64,000 nt of DNA from Candidatus Thalassarchaeum sp. (GCA_022451235.1 JAKUOA010000002.1:2155-66154), one strand, 5' to 3'. Numbered from the stretch's first letter, positions 37,248-45,909 are shown. Numbers and translations are program-made. Notes: generated from the letters alone by a model not told the origin.

Positions 37248-38266
37248 TCCTCCATTGTTTTCATTATTGCATCGGCGATTCTCGCCGGACTGGGCATGTA
37301 ATCCCATTCTGTTGTGTGCGGGAATGGTGTATCCCACCCCGTGACTCTCTCAATTGGTGCTTCTAGGTGGTAGAAGCATCGCTCCTGAACACTAGCTGCC
37401 ATTTCAGCTCCAAATCCACTGGTTTTAGGGGCTTCGTGAACGATTACACAGCGTCCGGTCTTCTCGATGGATTTGATGATAGCATCCTTATCCCAAGGCA
37501 CTAGAGTTTGCAAGTCAATCAAATCGCAACTTATGCCACAATTCTTGATTGCTTGTTCACTAACATGGACCATTGCACCCCAAGAAATAACTGTACATTC
37601 AGTACCCTCCATTGCTAGTCTTGCCTTGCCAAGAGGTACTGTATAATGCGCCTCTGGGACTTCGGCTTCTGGATGGTCTTTCCAAGTTGGAACGTTGTGC
37701 GGATCTCCATAGAAAGGTCCACGATAACAACGCTTTGGCTCGAATACAACAACTGGGTCGTTGGATTCAATCGCGGAAATTAGTAAGCCTTTGGAATTAT
37801 AAGGCGTTGAGGTGTACACTACATTTATTCCGGAAGTGTGAGTAAATTGAGACTCTGGACTTTGGGAATGATGATGCCCTCCACGAATTCCACCACCCGC
37901 TGGTGTTCTAATCGTTAGTGGGCACCAAAACTCGCCACCTGACCGATGTCTAACCTTTGCGATTTCGTTGACTATTTGGTCATAGGCTGGGAAGATGTAA
38001 TCAGCAAATTGTATTTCCGCAACAGGCCTCAAGCCATTAATTCCCATACCAAATGCGATTGCTGCAATGCCTCCTTCGGAGAGTGGTGTGTCGAAAACTC
38101 GGTGTTTGCCATGCTTTTCTTGCAAACCATCTGAGGTCCGGAAAACTCCGCCAAAGTATCCTGCATCTTCCCCAAAGAAGATTACATCTGGATCCTTTTC
38201 TAGCATAATGTCTAGAGCCGAATTGACTGCTTGAACAATATTCATTTCAGGCATTTCAGTCAACAC
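37244..38266 (-). CDS. 2-oxoacid dehydrogenase E1 component, beta subunit
   Basis: 340 aa transketolase-like pyrimidine-binding and C-terminal domains (FGEDAGYFGGVFRTS..DTPLSEGGI..). Confidence 0.9.
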   Translation of the reverse strand: MLTEMPEMNIVQAVNSALDIMLEKDPDVIFFGEDAGYFGGVFRTSDGLQEKHGKHRVFDTPLSEGGIAAIAFGMGINGLRPVAEIQFADYIFPAYDQIVNEIAKVRHRSGGEFWCPLTIRTPAGGGIRGGHHHSQSPESQFTHTSGINVVYTSTPYNSKGLLISAIESNDPVVVFEPKRCYRGPFYGDPHNVPTWKDHPEAEVPEAHYTVPLGKARLAMEGTECTVISWGAMVHVSEQAIKNCGISCDLIDLQTLVPWDKDAIIKSIEKTGRCVIVHEAPKTSGFGAEMAASVQERCFYHLEAPIERVTGWDTPFPHTTEWDYMPSPARIADAIMKTMEE

Positions 38267-39503
38267 TCCATTTCTTCATTTCATCCCACTGTTCTTGAAG
38301 ATGCCAAGGAACTTCTTCGTATACCTCGGTGAAAATTGTGTCCGCCGAAGGATAAGGGCCGTTGGCTAGGTCTCCGTAAGTCACAGCTTCCTTGTAAGCA
38401 GCCATAACCTCGCCATCAACTCGTTCCTCTAATTCCTTCTGCTGCTTTTCCGACCACTCTCCAATCGCAACGAGATGTTGCACTAATCGGTCGACTGGGT
38501 CGCCACCAGGCCAAGCCTCGTGCTCGTCCCCTGGTCGATATCTACTAGGATCGTCACTCGAAGAGTGAGCTCCAGCACGGTAGGTTAGGACCTCGATGTG
38601 TGTTGCACCCTCTCCAGCTGCGGCGCGCTGTCTTGCCCATTTAGTAACGGCATAGAGCGCTAGGAAGTCATTACCATCAACCCTCATTGAAGGTACATTA
38701 TACGCCAATCCTCTTGCTGCGAACGTGGGGTTCCCACTTGCTAAGTTAGCATGGGTGGAAATTGCCCATTGATTGTTCACGATGTTAAGAATCACCGGTG
38801 GCTTGAAGACCGAAGCAAAATTAAGTGCGTAATGGTAATCACCCTCAGCACTTGAACCATCGCCAATCCAAGTTATACAGCACTCATCCAAAGCCTTGTA
38901 TTGGGATGCCATTGCAACTCCTACCGCTTGACTAAATTGGGTTCCAACAGGACTTGATACAGAGATGAAGCGTCCATCGCGATAGGTGTAATGAACCGGC
39001 ATTTGTCTACCCTTGACATTATCTTCTACGTTACCTATACAGTGGTTAATCATGCTGACCATATCTCTACCTCTGACGAATTGCGCTCCTGGCTGTCTGT
39101 AGGTGGGGAATATCCAATCCTGATTTTCTAGAGCCATCGTCTGCGCGATTGCAACAGCCTCTTCTCCGAATGATCGCATATAGAATGACAATTTTCCAGT
39201 ACGTTGCATTTTCATCATTCGGTCATCGAATATACGCATGCGCACCATGTGTTCCAAACCTTCGCGAAGTTCATCAGGAGTCAATTCTGGATCCCAAGGT
39301 CCACTAGCATTCCCGTCGAAATCTAGCACTCTTACAAGCCCGTAGGCATGGTCTGTGGTTTCAGATGCTGTACATTTGATTGGATTTGGCCTAGGGAGGT
39401 CCCCTGGTTCGTTTTCGAATGGAGCGAAACTAGCCTTGTCCCCTGGTCGGAAAGGTGCTGAGGGTACATGCAGAGTCACTTGCTTCTTCTTTTTCGCCGC
39501 CAC
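38256..39503 (-). CDS. 2-oxoacid dehydrogenase E1 component, alpha subunit (branched-chain/pyruvate type)
   Basis: 415 aa. ThDP motif GDGSSAEGDYHYALNFASVF..NNQWAIST. 11-nt overlap with the beta-subunit gene. Confidence 0.9.
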   Translation of the reverse strand: MAAKKKKQVTLHVPSAPFRPGDKASFAPFENEPGDLPRPNPIKCTASETTDHAYGLVRVLDFDGNASGPWDPELTPDELREGLEHMVRMRIFDDRMMKMQRTGKLSFYMRSFGEEAVAIAQTMALENQDWIFPTYRQPGAQFVRGRDMVSMINHCIGNVEDNVKGRQMPVHYTYRDGRFISVSSPVGTQFSQAVGVAMASQYKALDECCITWIGDGSSAEGDYHYALNFASVFKPPVILNIVNNQWAISTHANLASGNPTFAARGLAYNVPSMRVDGNDFLALYAVTKWARQRAAAGEGATHIEVLTYRAGAHSSSDDPSRYRPGDEHEAWPGGDPVDRLVQHLVAIGEWSEKQQKELEERVDGEVMAAYKEAVTYGDLANGPYPSADTIFTEVYEEVPWHLQEQWDEMKKWSVD

Positions 39504-39525
39504 AATTCAACCTCCGAATATTAGT

Positions 39526-40614
39526 TCATATTATTTTATACTCTGAAGACAACCGAGCCTCATTGATAGCAAGTAAATCCTTGCTAGGGTTTAGATGACT
39601 AATTGCGGAACCAGTAGAATCTCTTGTGACAACAGGTTCGCCACCCATGGCTTCTTCCCACAACAACCCCGCTCGATAGGACGAGCGCACTAACGGCCCG
39701 CTAGCAACTGCTGTGAATCCCATTTCTCGCGCGGCTTGATCCCACTCGGCGAAAGTAGTCGGTTCAGGAAATCTGTCGACTGCAAGATGTTTCCAGCTTG
39801 GTTGTAGATATTGACCCAAAGTGATTAACTCAACCCCGACTTCTCGTAGCAGTTGCATTGCCTCAACAACTTCTTCATCTGTTTCTCCGACACCTACCAT
39901 TATGCTTGATTTCAGTGCTAAATCAGGTCGTAGTCGCTTAGCTTCTTGTAAAATCTTCAGTGATTGTGTGAATGAAGCACGAGGGTCGCGAACACTGGAG
40001 TCTAACCTAGGAACACATTCTACATTGTGTGCAAAGACTCTGATTGGCAGATCATTAAGCAGACTTGCGAGGGCTTGTAAATTACCATCTAGGTCTGAAC
40101 ATAGTAATTCAAGACCAACGTCTGGGCATCTTTTGTGCACGGCTTTGATACAATTTCGATAATGCTCTGCCCCTCCATCTGCTAAGTCATCGCGGTTGAC
40201 TACAGTAATTACTGCATGACTAACTCCCATTCTATCGACCGCTTCAGCAAGTTCAACAGGCTCGTTTGGATTCAAAGGAGGGGGCGTTTTCTCGGTGCCA
40301 ACTGCACAGAATCTACAACCGCGTGTACAGACCTCACCTGCAATCATGAAAGTGGCAGTCCCTCTGCCCCAACAATCGTGTATGTTTGGACATCGAGCTT
40401 CTTCACAAACGGTATTCAATCCATGCTCGTGAACATTAGATTTAGTTGCGTTAAATCGAGTTTGTGCATTACCGGTAGGGAGGGTCGTTCTGAACCAGGA
40501 TGGAAGTCGCTTTCTTTCCGCTTTCCGGCGTTCTTCAGCACTAATTCTTGTAGATCCTCCGCAACCATCAGCAGACACTTCAGTGCCATCTGCTTGGGGC
40601 AGCGGTACACCCAT
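39526..40614 (-). CDS. lipA: lipoyl synthase
   Basis: Auxiliary cluster motif CEEARCPNIHDC (Cx4Cx5C) and radical-SAM motif CTRGCRFC. C-terminal RSSY. Confidence 0.9.
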   Translation of the reverse strand: MGVPLPQADGTEVSADGCGGSTRISAEERRKAERKRLPSWFRTTLPTGNAQTRFNATKSNVHEHGLNTVCEEARCPNIHDCWGRGTATFMIAGEVCTRGCRFCAVGTEKTPPPLNPNEPVELAEAVDRMGVSHAVITVVNRDDLADGGAEHYRNCIKAVHKRCPDVGLELLCSDLDGNLQALASLLNDLPIRVFAHNVECVPRLDSSVRDPRASFTQSLKILQEAKRLRPDLALKSSIMVGVGETDEEVVEAMQLLREVGVELITLGQYLQPSWKHLAVDRFPEPTTFAEWDQAAREMGFTAVASGPLVRSSYRAGLLWEEAMGGEPVVTRDSTGSAISHLNPSKDLLAINEARLSSEYKII

Positions 40615-40718
40615 TGATTACGAGGAGTGGACATACGGCGTTAATCGTTCGCCTCAATCACCCAGATGAGGATATTCAAAACGAGGAGAGATATACCAGT
40701 CTTGACTCGGATGTGCAT

Positions 40719-41486
40719 ATGGCTCGCAGTGCTGCACTCGTTACAGGAGGCGCTAAGAGAATTGGTGCTGCAATTTGTCTTCACCTAGCACAAAAAGGCC
40801 ACTCAGTGGCAGTTCACCACAATTCATCCGCAAAAGCAGCTGAGCAACTAGTGGAAAAGATCAGGGGGTTGGGTGTTGAGGCTTGTACAGTAAAGGGCGA
40901 TTTATCTAATCCGGAAGAAGTTGCAAAAATCATCGCTGAAGCATCCTCACAAATTGGGCCTATTCGACACCTTGTGAATAACGCTTCCAAATTCAAGCAT
41001 GACGACTTAGAAACGTTCGATAATAGCTCTTGGAATGAACACATGGATGTAAATGCAAAAGCCCCTCTAATGTTGACCCGTGAGGTATTGCAAAATCTAC
41101 CCACTGACATGGCGGGTTCGGTTGTTAATATCCTAGATCAAAAAATTGCTGCGCCTAACCCTGATCATATTTCTTATACAGCCTCGCGATATGCCTTGCT
41201 CGGCATTACTGAGGCCCTTGCAAGAGGTCTTGCACCGAGGCTCAGAATTAACGCGGTCGCACCAGGTCACACTTTACCCAGCCCAGACCAAACAGAAGCA
41301 GGATTCAGTCGAGCCCAGTCTGAAAGCCCACTTGGGTATGGACCATCTCCAGACGATATTGCTCAGGCAGTAGTTTTTCTCATTGAATCGGAATCGATTA
41401 CCGGACAGGTGATTTTTGTCGATTGCGGAGAAAGATTCCTTTCTAGAAGCCGAGACGTTGCATTTGAAACGGAGGGTGCTAAATGA
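40719..41486 (+). CDS. short-chain dehydrogenase, pteridine-reductase/FolM-like
   Basis: ALVTGGAKRIGAAICLHLAQKGHSVAVHH plus a YTASRYAL (YxxxK-like) site. The ATG at 40719 fits the Rossmann N-terminus. 4-nt overlap with the following FolB-like gene. Confidence 0.7.
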   Translation: MARSAALVTGGAKRIGAAICLHLAQKGHSVAVHHNSSAKAAEQLVEKIRGLGVEACTVKGDLSNPEEVAKIIAEASSQIGPIRHLVNNASKFKHDDLETFDNSSWNEHMDVNAKAPLMLTREVLQNLPTDMAGSVVNILDQKIAAPNPDHISYTASRYALLGITEALARGLAPRLRINAVAPGHTLPSPDQTEAGFSRAQSESPLGYGPSPDDIAQAVVFLIESESITGQVIFVDCGERFLSRSRDVAFETEGAK

Positions 41487-41884
41487 CTTCACATTCAGAT
41501 GCGATGATGCAAATTTTATCTCGAAATCAAGCGGCTACCAGTCTATTCCTAGAGAAAGTAATTAGACAGGTCGACATAGGTGTTCACGACCATGAATTAG
41601 GGTCACCTCAGCGCCTTTCATTCGACATTTATGTTATGTTATCTGGTGACAGTACACCTCAGGGTGATGAAATATCAGAAGTTCTGGATTATGAATACCT
41701 AATCTCTGCTTTAGATGAGACCTTGAATTTACAACGCGCTTCACTTTTGGAAACACTTGCAAACCGCTTATTGGATCGAATACTAAAACCTCTTTCGGTT
41801 GAAGCCGCTACCGTTGTCATCACTAAACTAGATGTCTTAGGTGGAGACGGCCAATTGGGCTGTTCTATAACTCGAATGAAGTAG
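41483..41884 (+). CDS. dihydroneopterin aldolase (FolB)-like protein
   Basis: 133 aa. The VDIGVHDHELGSPQRLSFDIYV pattern is typical of the FolB tunnelling fold. The call is tentative. Confidence 0.55.
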   Translation: MTSHSDAMMQILSRNQAATSLFLEKVIRQVDIGVHDHELGSPQRLSFDIYVMLSGDSTPQGDEISEVLDYEYLISALDETLNLQRASLLETLANRLLDRILKPLSVEAATVVITKLDVLGGDGQLGCSITRMK

Positions 41885-41897
41885 TGCTGCAGGATGT

Positions 41898-41924
41898 GGA
41901 ATTAGCGTAAAAAACGCCAATTCC
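41898..41924 (+). terminator. hairpin downstream of the FolB-like gene
   Basis: GGAATT-A-GCGT-AAAAA-ACGC-C-AATTCC, 14 nt after the stop codon. No T-run follows. Confidence 0.3.
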
Positions 41925-41962
41925 GGCATAAATATGAAAATGCATCCCGCAATTGAACAAAT

Positions 41963-42673
41963 ATGAAATGTGATTACGAAGGATGCGACGAATGGTCCAG
42001 GAACACTGATGCATCAGGTATTTCTTATTGTCGTAAACATTCCCATTTATTATCGCACATAGAGGAAATTGTCTGTCCAAAAGGTTGTAGAAAACTTACT
42101 TACAAACCTGATTACATCCGTGGAAAGGCCTCGGTAGAAAATATTCGTAACAACCCCGCATATCTGTTTATTGCAGCTATGCTTGTAGTTTGTGCTGTGT
42201 TCGCAAGACACCCGGTTTGGCTTTTGTTTGCGGCCGGTTCACTCTATGCTGGCGCTACTCAAAAACAGGATATTGGTAAAGGAAAGTATGTATGTGAAAA
42301 AAAGGAGGATTTTTCTTCTAAAGACGGTTGCCTTGGCGTTTTAATCGATTCAAAAAGCATGAGTTCCAAGTTTACCAAAGAGAACTATGAAAGAATAATC
42401 TCCAAAATTAATGGAGAAAAAAATTCGAGCCTTACATGTCCGATTTGTAACCAGAAAATGGAACATATACCGACTAATTATTGGGTCTGGGTTGATAATC
42501 CAATCAAATATTTACCAGGGTGGTGGAGGGAAGAGAAAGGAGATTTCGATGCGTGCTTGGATTGCTCGATGTTTTGGTTTGGCTCGGATTTCCACCAACA
42601 TTCACAGTCTCCGGTGCGAACTGAGAAACACATACTTGCCGCCCAAGGGACTCCTATGAAGGAATTCAAGTAG
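41963..42673 (+). CDS. Cys-rich zinc-finger membrane protein, orphan
   Basis: 236 aa and Lys-rich, unlike its acidic neighbours. N-terminal Cys/His cluster, central TM pair (AYLFIAAMLVVCAVF, VWLLFAAGSLYAGA), and C-terminal CPICNQKM..x..CLDCSMFWFGSDF resembling the zf-TFIIB-type 'CPxC..CxxCxGxWfD' finger. Confidence 0.5.
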   Translation: MKCDYEGCDEWSRNTDASGISYCRKHSHLLSHIEEIVCPKGCRKLTYKPDYIRGKASVENIRNNPAYLFIAAMLVVCAVFARHPVWLLFAAGSLYAGATQKQDIGKGKYVCEKKEDFSSKDGCLGVLIDSKSMSSKFTKENYERIISKINGEKNSSLTCPICNQKMEHIPTNYWVWVDNPIKYLPGWWREEKGDFDACLDCSMFWFGSDFHQHSQSPVRTEKHILAAQGTPMKEFK

Positions 42674-42700
42674 TTTAGTAAAAAAGACGAAAAATCACTT

Positions 42701-42786
42701 TGGTGCAGGGGGTGGGATTTGAACCCACGAAGCTCTACGCACCGGAGCTTAAGTCCGGCCCCTTTGACCAGCTCGGGTACCCCTGC
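42701..42786 (-). tRNA. tRNA-Leu (anticodon UAA), class II, CCA encoded
   Basis: Hand-folded cloverleaf. Acceptor GCAGGGG/CCCCTGC, anticodon arm CCGGA-CUUAAGC-UCCGG, long variable arm, T arm GTGGG-TTCAAAT-CCCAC, discriminator A plus CCA. Confidence 0.9.
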
Positions 42787-42829
42787 GAGCCCTCTGAGCA
42801 CCTTATCAGACTTGAAACGAGCGGAGTTT

Positions 42830-42849
42830 ACGCCCCCTTTGGGGGGCGT
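42830..42849. other. perfect 8-bp GC-rich hairpin in the tRNA / surface-gene divergent spacer
   Basis: ACGCCCCC-TTTG-GGGGGCGT. Confidence 0.5.
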
Positions 42850-42889
42850 GTCAAAATCGATGCAAATAGCACTCGGACCTCACGAACGC

Positions 42890-42896
42890 TTTAACA
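42890..42896 (+). promoter_or_regulatory. TATA-like element about 29 nt upstream of the 979-aa gene ATG (would imply a leaderless or near-leaderless mRNA)
   Basis: The TTTAACA position relative to the ATG at 42919 is consistent with archaeal BRE/TATA spacing. It is weak on its own. Confidence 0.25.
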
Positions 42897-42918
42897 CCCC
42901 TGCGAGGGCCGGTAGGCG

Positions 42919-45858
42919 ATGAATGCGAGCAGTACGCTGATTCGGGATGGCAAGTTAAGCCAACTTGCGGTGTTCCTCGCAATTCTGATGATTACCCCTC
43001 AAATAGCGACATTAGTGACAGAACCCACTCACCTAGTTGCAGACTCTCGGGCCGAGACTTCAGAGGAAATCGAATCCAAACTTTACACACTATATTTTGC
43101 AGAAGCAAACTCATCTTCTGGAGGAGATGGGCACATTACTACAATGGTCCCTGAATCAGGCGGCCAATCGACTTCTAGTGCACTAGATTCGACAATCGAA
43201 TTTACAACAGGGGATTTGTTAAGTTCACTAGAGATTGCTGGCCGACCAAAACATGGCTCTTCTAGTGGCCAATTTTACATTCCGGTACAATTTTTCTTGC
43301 GAGCTCAAGGTCCTAGTAATTCACAGGTAACTTGGGATATCGTCGTAAGCGCTAATGGCAACACTGTTGGCTCGGAATCTTGGGAGGCCGATGCATGTAA
43401 TCCAGGGATAACTAATTCTTGTAACTTTGATCACGAACTCTTCGAAGTAATACTAGATAGTGATGATTCGTTTGTGATTCAAGACGGAAATGAATTGACC
43501 GTTGAGGTTTCCGCTGAAATGTCAGGCTGTGAAAGTTCTGGTGGACCATTTGGTAGTAGTTGTGAGGCAGAAATTGCCTGGAACGAAATAGATGGCGAAA
43601 GTAACCGATATTCTCAGATGGAAGTTGAAACTAATGCAATTGCAGACAGCGAAGTGATACTTCAAAGGGATGGAGCAGAACTTGCAGATGGAGTAGAATT
43701 GGAATGGTATCCAAACGATGTTTTAGCAGATCGGACCATGCAATTCTCATTCGATGTTAAGAGTGCCTTTGGCAGGGAAGACATGGATTCTGTCAAATTA
43801 CTAATGCGTGATCCAAATGGAAATTATCGAATAGACCATGAGATTTCATCTGATGATGATGGAATCAGAGACACCAGTCAGGGTATCTTTGGCACTTACA
43901 CATGGACCTACCCTACCGGACTTCCATCTGGAGAGTATACGGTAGAATTGGAAATTACTGATGTACAAGGGAACGCATTCCTTGTTGAGCACGAACCTGT
44001 TGAGATGGTTCAATGGGGCGTAGCGATTAATCATCGAGAAGATAGAACTGTAGAATATGTCGCTCCGGACGAAACAACTCCTGTGCCACTTCAATTAGTT
44101 CACAGAGGCGACTCAACTAAATCGATGACTGTAGAACTTGAATTGCTTACCAATTTAGGTAGTTCCTGGCTTGTTGAATTTGACTCTCCAGGAGGGTACA
44201 CATTGAATTCAGGTGGTGATATTCTGAATCCAATACTTACAATCACGGCTCCAGATGATTTGACTGGTACTCCAGATAAAATTGAGATTAGAGCGGTTGC
44301 CGAAGCCACAATAGAAGGTGTTCAAACTGTGGTCCACCAAGATCTTTTGACTTTAGATTTAGAAAAGCTCGAAGTCTATCAACCTCCGGATATATCGGTT
44401 TGGAATGAAGATCACGATATACCAATTGCGAACTCAAGCCGCCCCGGTGATATCGACCCAACAATACCAAGATATGTTGAGGACAACCAATTCACTACAT
44501 TCTTACTTGAGATATTCAACACAGGCTTCGATACAGATAATTTCAGAGTGGATATACTGAAGCGATCTAAATCAATTATCCAGATTTACGATAACGATAC
44601 CGGTGAAAGAATTCTCGAAGACGATGGCGATGGTACTTTCCACATACCCCCTCTAGAGAGGCATTCGACTCAGATTCTAAGATTTAACGTAAAACCGTCA
44701 ACAGATAGAGAAGACCCAGATATTGGAATGATTGAGGTCGAGGTAGTAAGCAGTGGAAATGCTTCTCTTAGGACTACTGTTGAATTCACCATTCAGAGAA
44801 CCTTTGGAATCCGCGCGGAAGTATCACAAGATTGTGATGGCACTCCACTAGGTCACATCCAAGTATCCCTTTGTTCTTCATTAAGCGACCCCAAAGTGAA
44901 TCTTCGTGCTCGCATAACAAACAGTATGACTAGTGGTGAATCGGCCACTCAATGGCAGATTATCAATCCAGCAAGTCTTGCCGAGAATACTGATAGATTG
45001 GCGGCATATGGTCAGTGGGAATACCGAATTTTAGACCAAAATGGTTCGGCTGTACCCCAGGTCTCTCTTGGGCCAGGTGACTTTACTGAGATATTCGTGG
45101 AAGTTACTCTAACCGACCAAGTAATCGTAGGTAATCATACGGTTTATTTGCGGATAAGGGAGGATACTTCTGATTCAAACCCAAGATACTTCGATTTGCC
45201 TATGGTTTTCGAAGTTGATGCGGATGAGCCCGACTTGACAATTGTCCAAGTCACATCAAACAGAAAACTAGCACCAGGCGGCCTCTATGACTTCCAATTT
45301 GAGGTTCGAAACAAAGGTAACAGTCCACTAATTGTTCTGCTTGATACCGAAGTAGAAGGCGCAACAGGGTGGAATGTCAACATCGAAGGCCCTACTGGTT
45401 CAAGGTTAATTGAATTGGACGCCTTTGAAGAAGTAACTATTATTCTAGAAGTAACGGTTCCACCATCAGCAAATAATGGAGATACAGCAAGAATCACAAT
45501 TACTGCTGAACCACATGATACTGAGCAGAGTTGGCCTGATGAATTCACAGCAGAAAAGAATCTCAATATGGTAGTCGGAATAGATGGAATTTTTGATCGA
45601 TTGATTAACGAGGTAACTAATCCTCGCGCCTCCACACTAATTGTAATGGTGGTAGCAATTTTACTAATGTTTGCTGGTATCCAAAGCCGGATGAATCGCA
45701 GGAAATGGGCCGCCCATTTGGCGTTACTTGAAGCCATGAAAGAGGCTGAAGATGATGGCTTGGATGAGGATTCTGAAGAAGAATCTGAAACCCCAATAGT
45801 AGAGGAAGAGGAAGAAGAAGAGATGGTTTATGACGACGATGATATAGAACTTGTCTGA
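42919..45858 (+). CDS. 979-aa bitopic surface protein with beta-sandwich (CARDB/NEW3-like) modules and acidic cytoplasmic tail
   Basis: N-terminal TM helix (LSQLAVFLAILMITPQIATLV) and a long acidic ectodomain. The segment DFQFEVRNKGNSPLIVLLDTEVEGATGWNVNIEG..ITITAEP is typical of CARDB/NEW3-type domains. C-terminal TM helix (LIVMVVAILLMFAGI), then RRKW and a poly-Glu/Asp tail. Confidence 0.75.
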   Translation: MNASSTLIRDGKLSQLAVFLAILMITPQIATLVTEPTHLVADSRAETSEEIESKLYTLYFAEANSSSGGDGHITTMVPESGGQSTSSALDSTIEFTTGDLLSSLEIAGRPKHGSSSGQFYIPVQFFLRAQGPSNSQVTWDIVVSANGNTVGSESWEADACNPGITNSCNFDHELFEVILDSDDSFVIQDGNELTVEVSAEMSGCESSGGPFGSSCEAEIAWNEIDGESNRYSQMEVETNAIADSEVILQRDGAELADGVELEWYPNDVLADRTMQFSFDVKSAFGREDMDSVKLLMRDPNGNYRIDHEISSDDDGIRDTSQGIFGTYTWTYPTGLPSGEYTVELEITDVQGNAFLVEHEPVEMVQWGVAINHREDRTVEYVAPDETTPVPLQLVHRGDSTKSMTVELELLTNLGSSWLVEFDSPGGYTLNSGGDILNPILTITAPDDLTGTPDKIEIRAVAEATIEGVQTVVHQDLLTLDLEKLEVYQPPDISVWNEDHDIPIANSSRPGDIDPTIPRYVEDNQFTTFLLEIFNTGFDTDNFRVDILKRSKSIIQIYDNDTGERILEDDGDGTFHIPPLERHSTQILRFNVKPSTDREDPDIGMIEVEVVSSGNASLRTTVEFTIQRTFGIRAEVSQDCDGTPLGHIQVSLCSSLSDPKVNLRARITNSMTSGESATQWQIINPASLAENTDRLAAYGQWEYRILDQNGSAVPQVSLGPGDFTEIFVEVTLTDQVIVGNHTVYLRIREDTSDSNPRYFDLPMVFEVDADEPDLTIVQVTSNRKLAPGGLYDFQFEVRNKGNSPLIVLLDTEVEGATGWNVNIEGPTGSRLIELDAFEEVTIILEVTVPPSANNGDTARITITAEPHDTEQSWPDEFTAEKNLNMVVGIDGIFDRLINEVTNPRASTLIVMVVAILLMFAGIQSRMNRRKWAAHLALLEAMKEAEDDGLDEDSEEESETPIVEEEEEEEMVYDDDDIELV

Positions 45859-45909
45859 CTTTACATTAGGTCATCGTCCGAACGACGCTCCATTCCGCTT
45901 AAGACCCGT

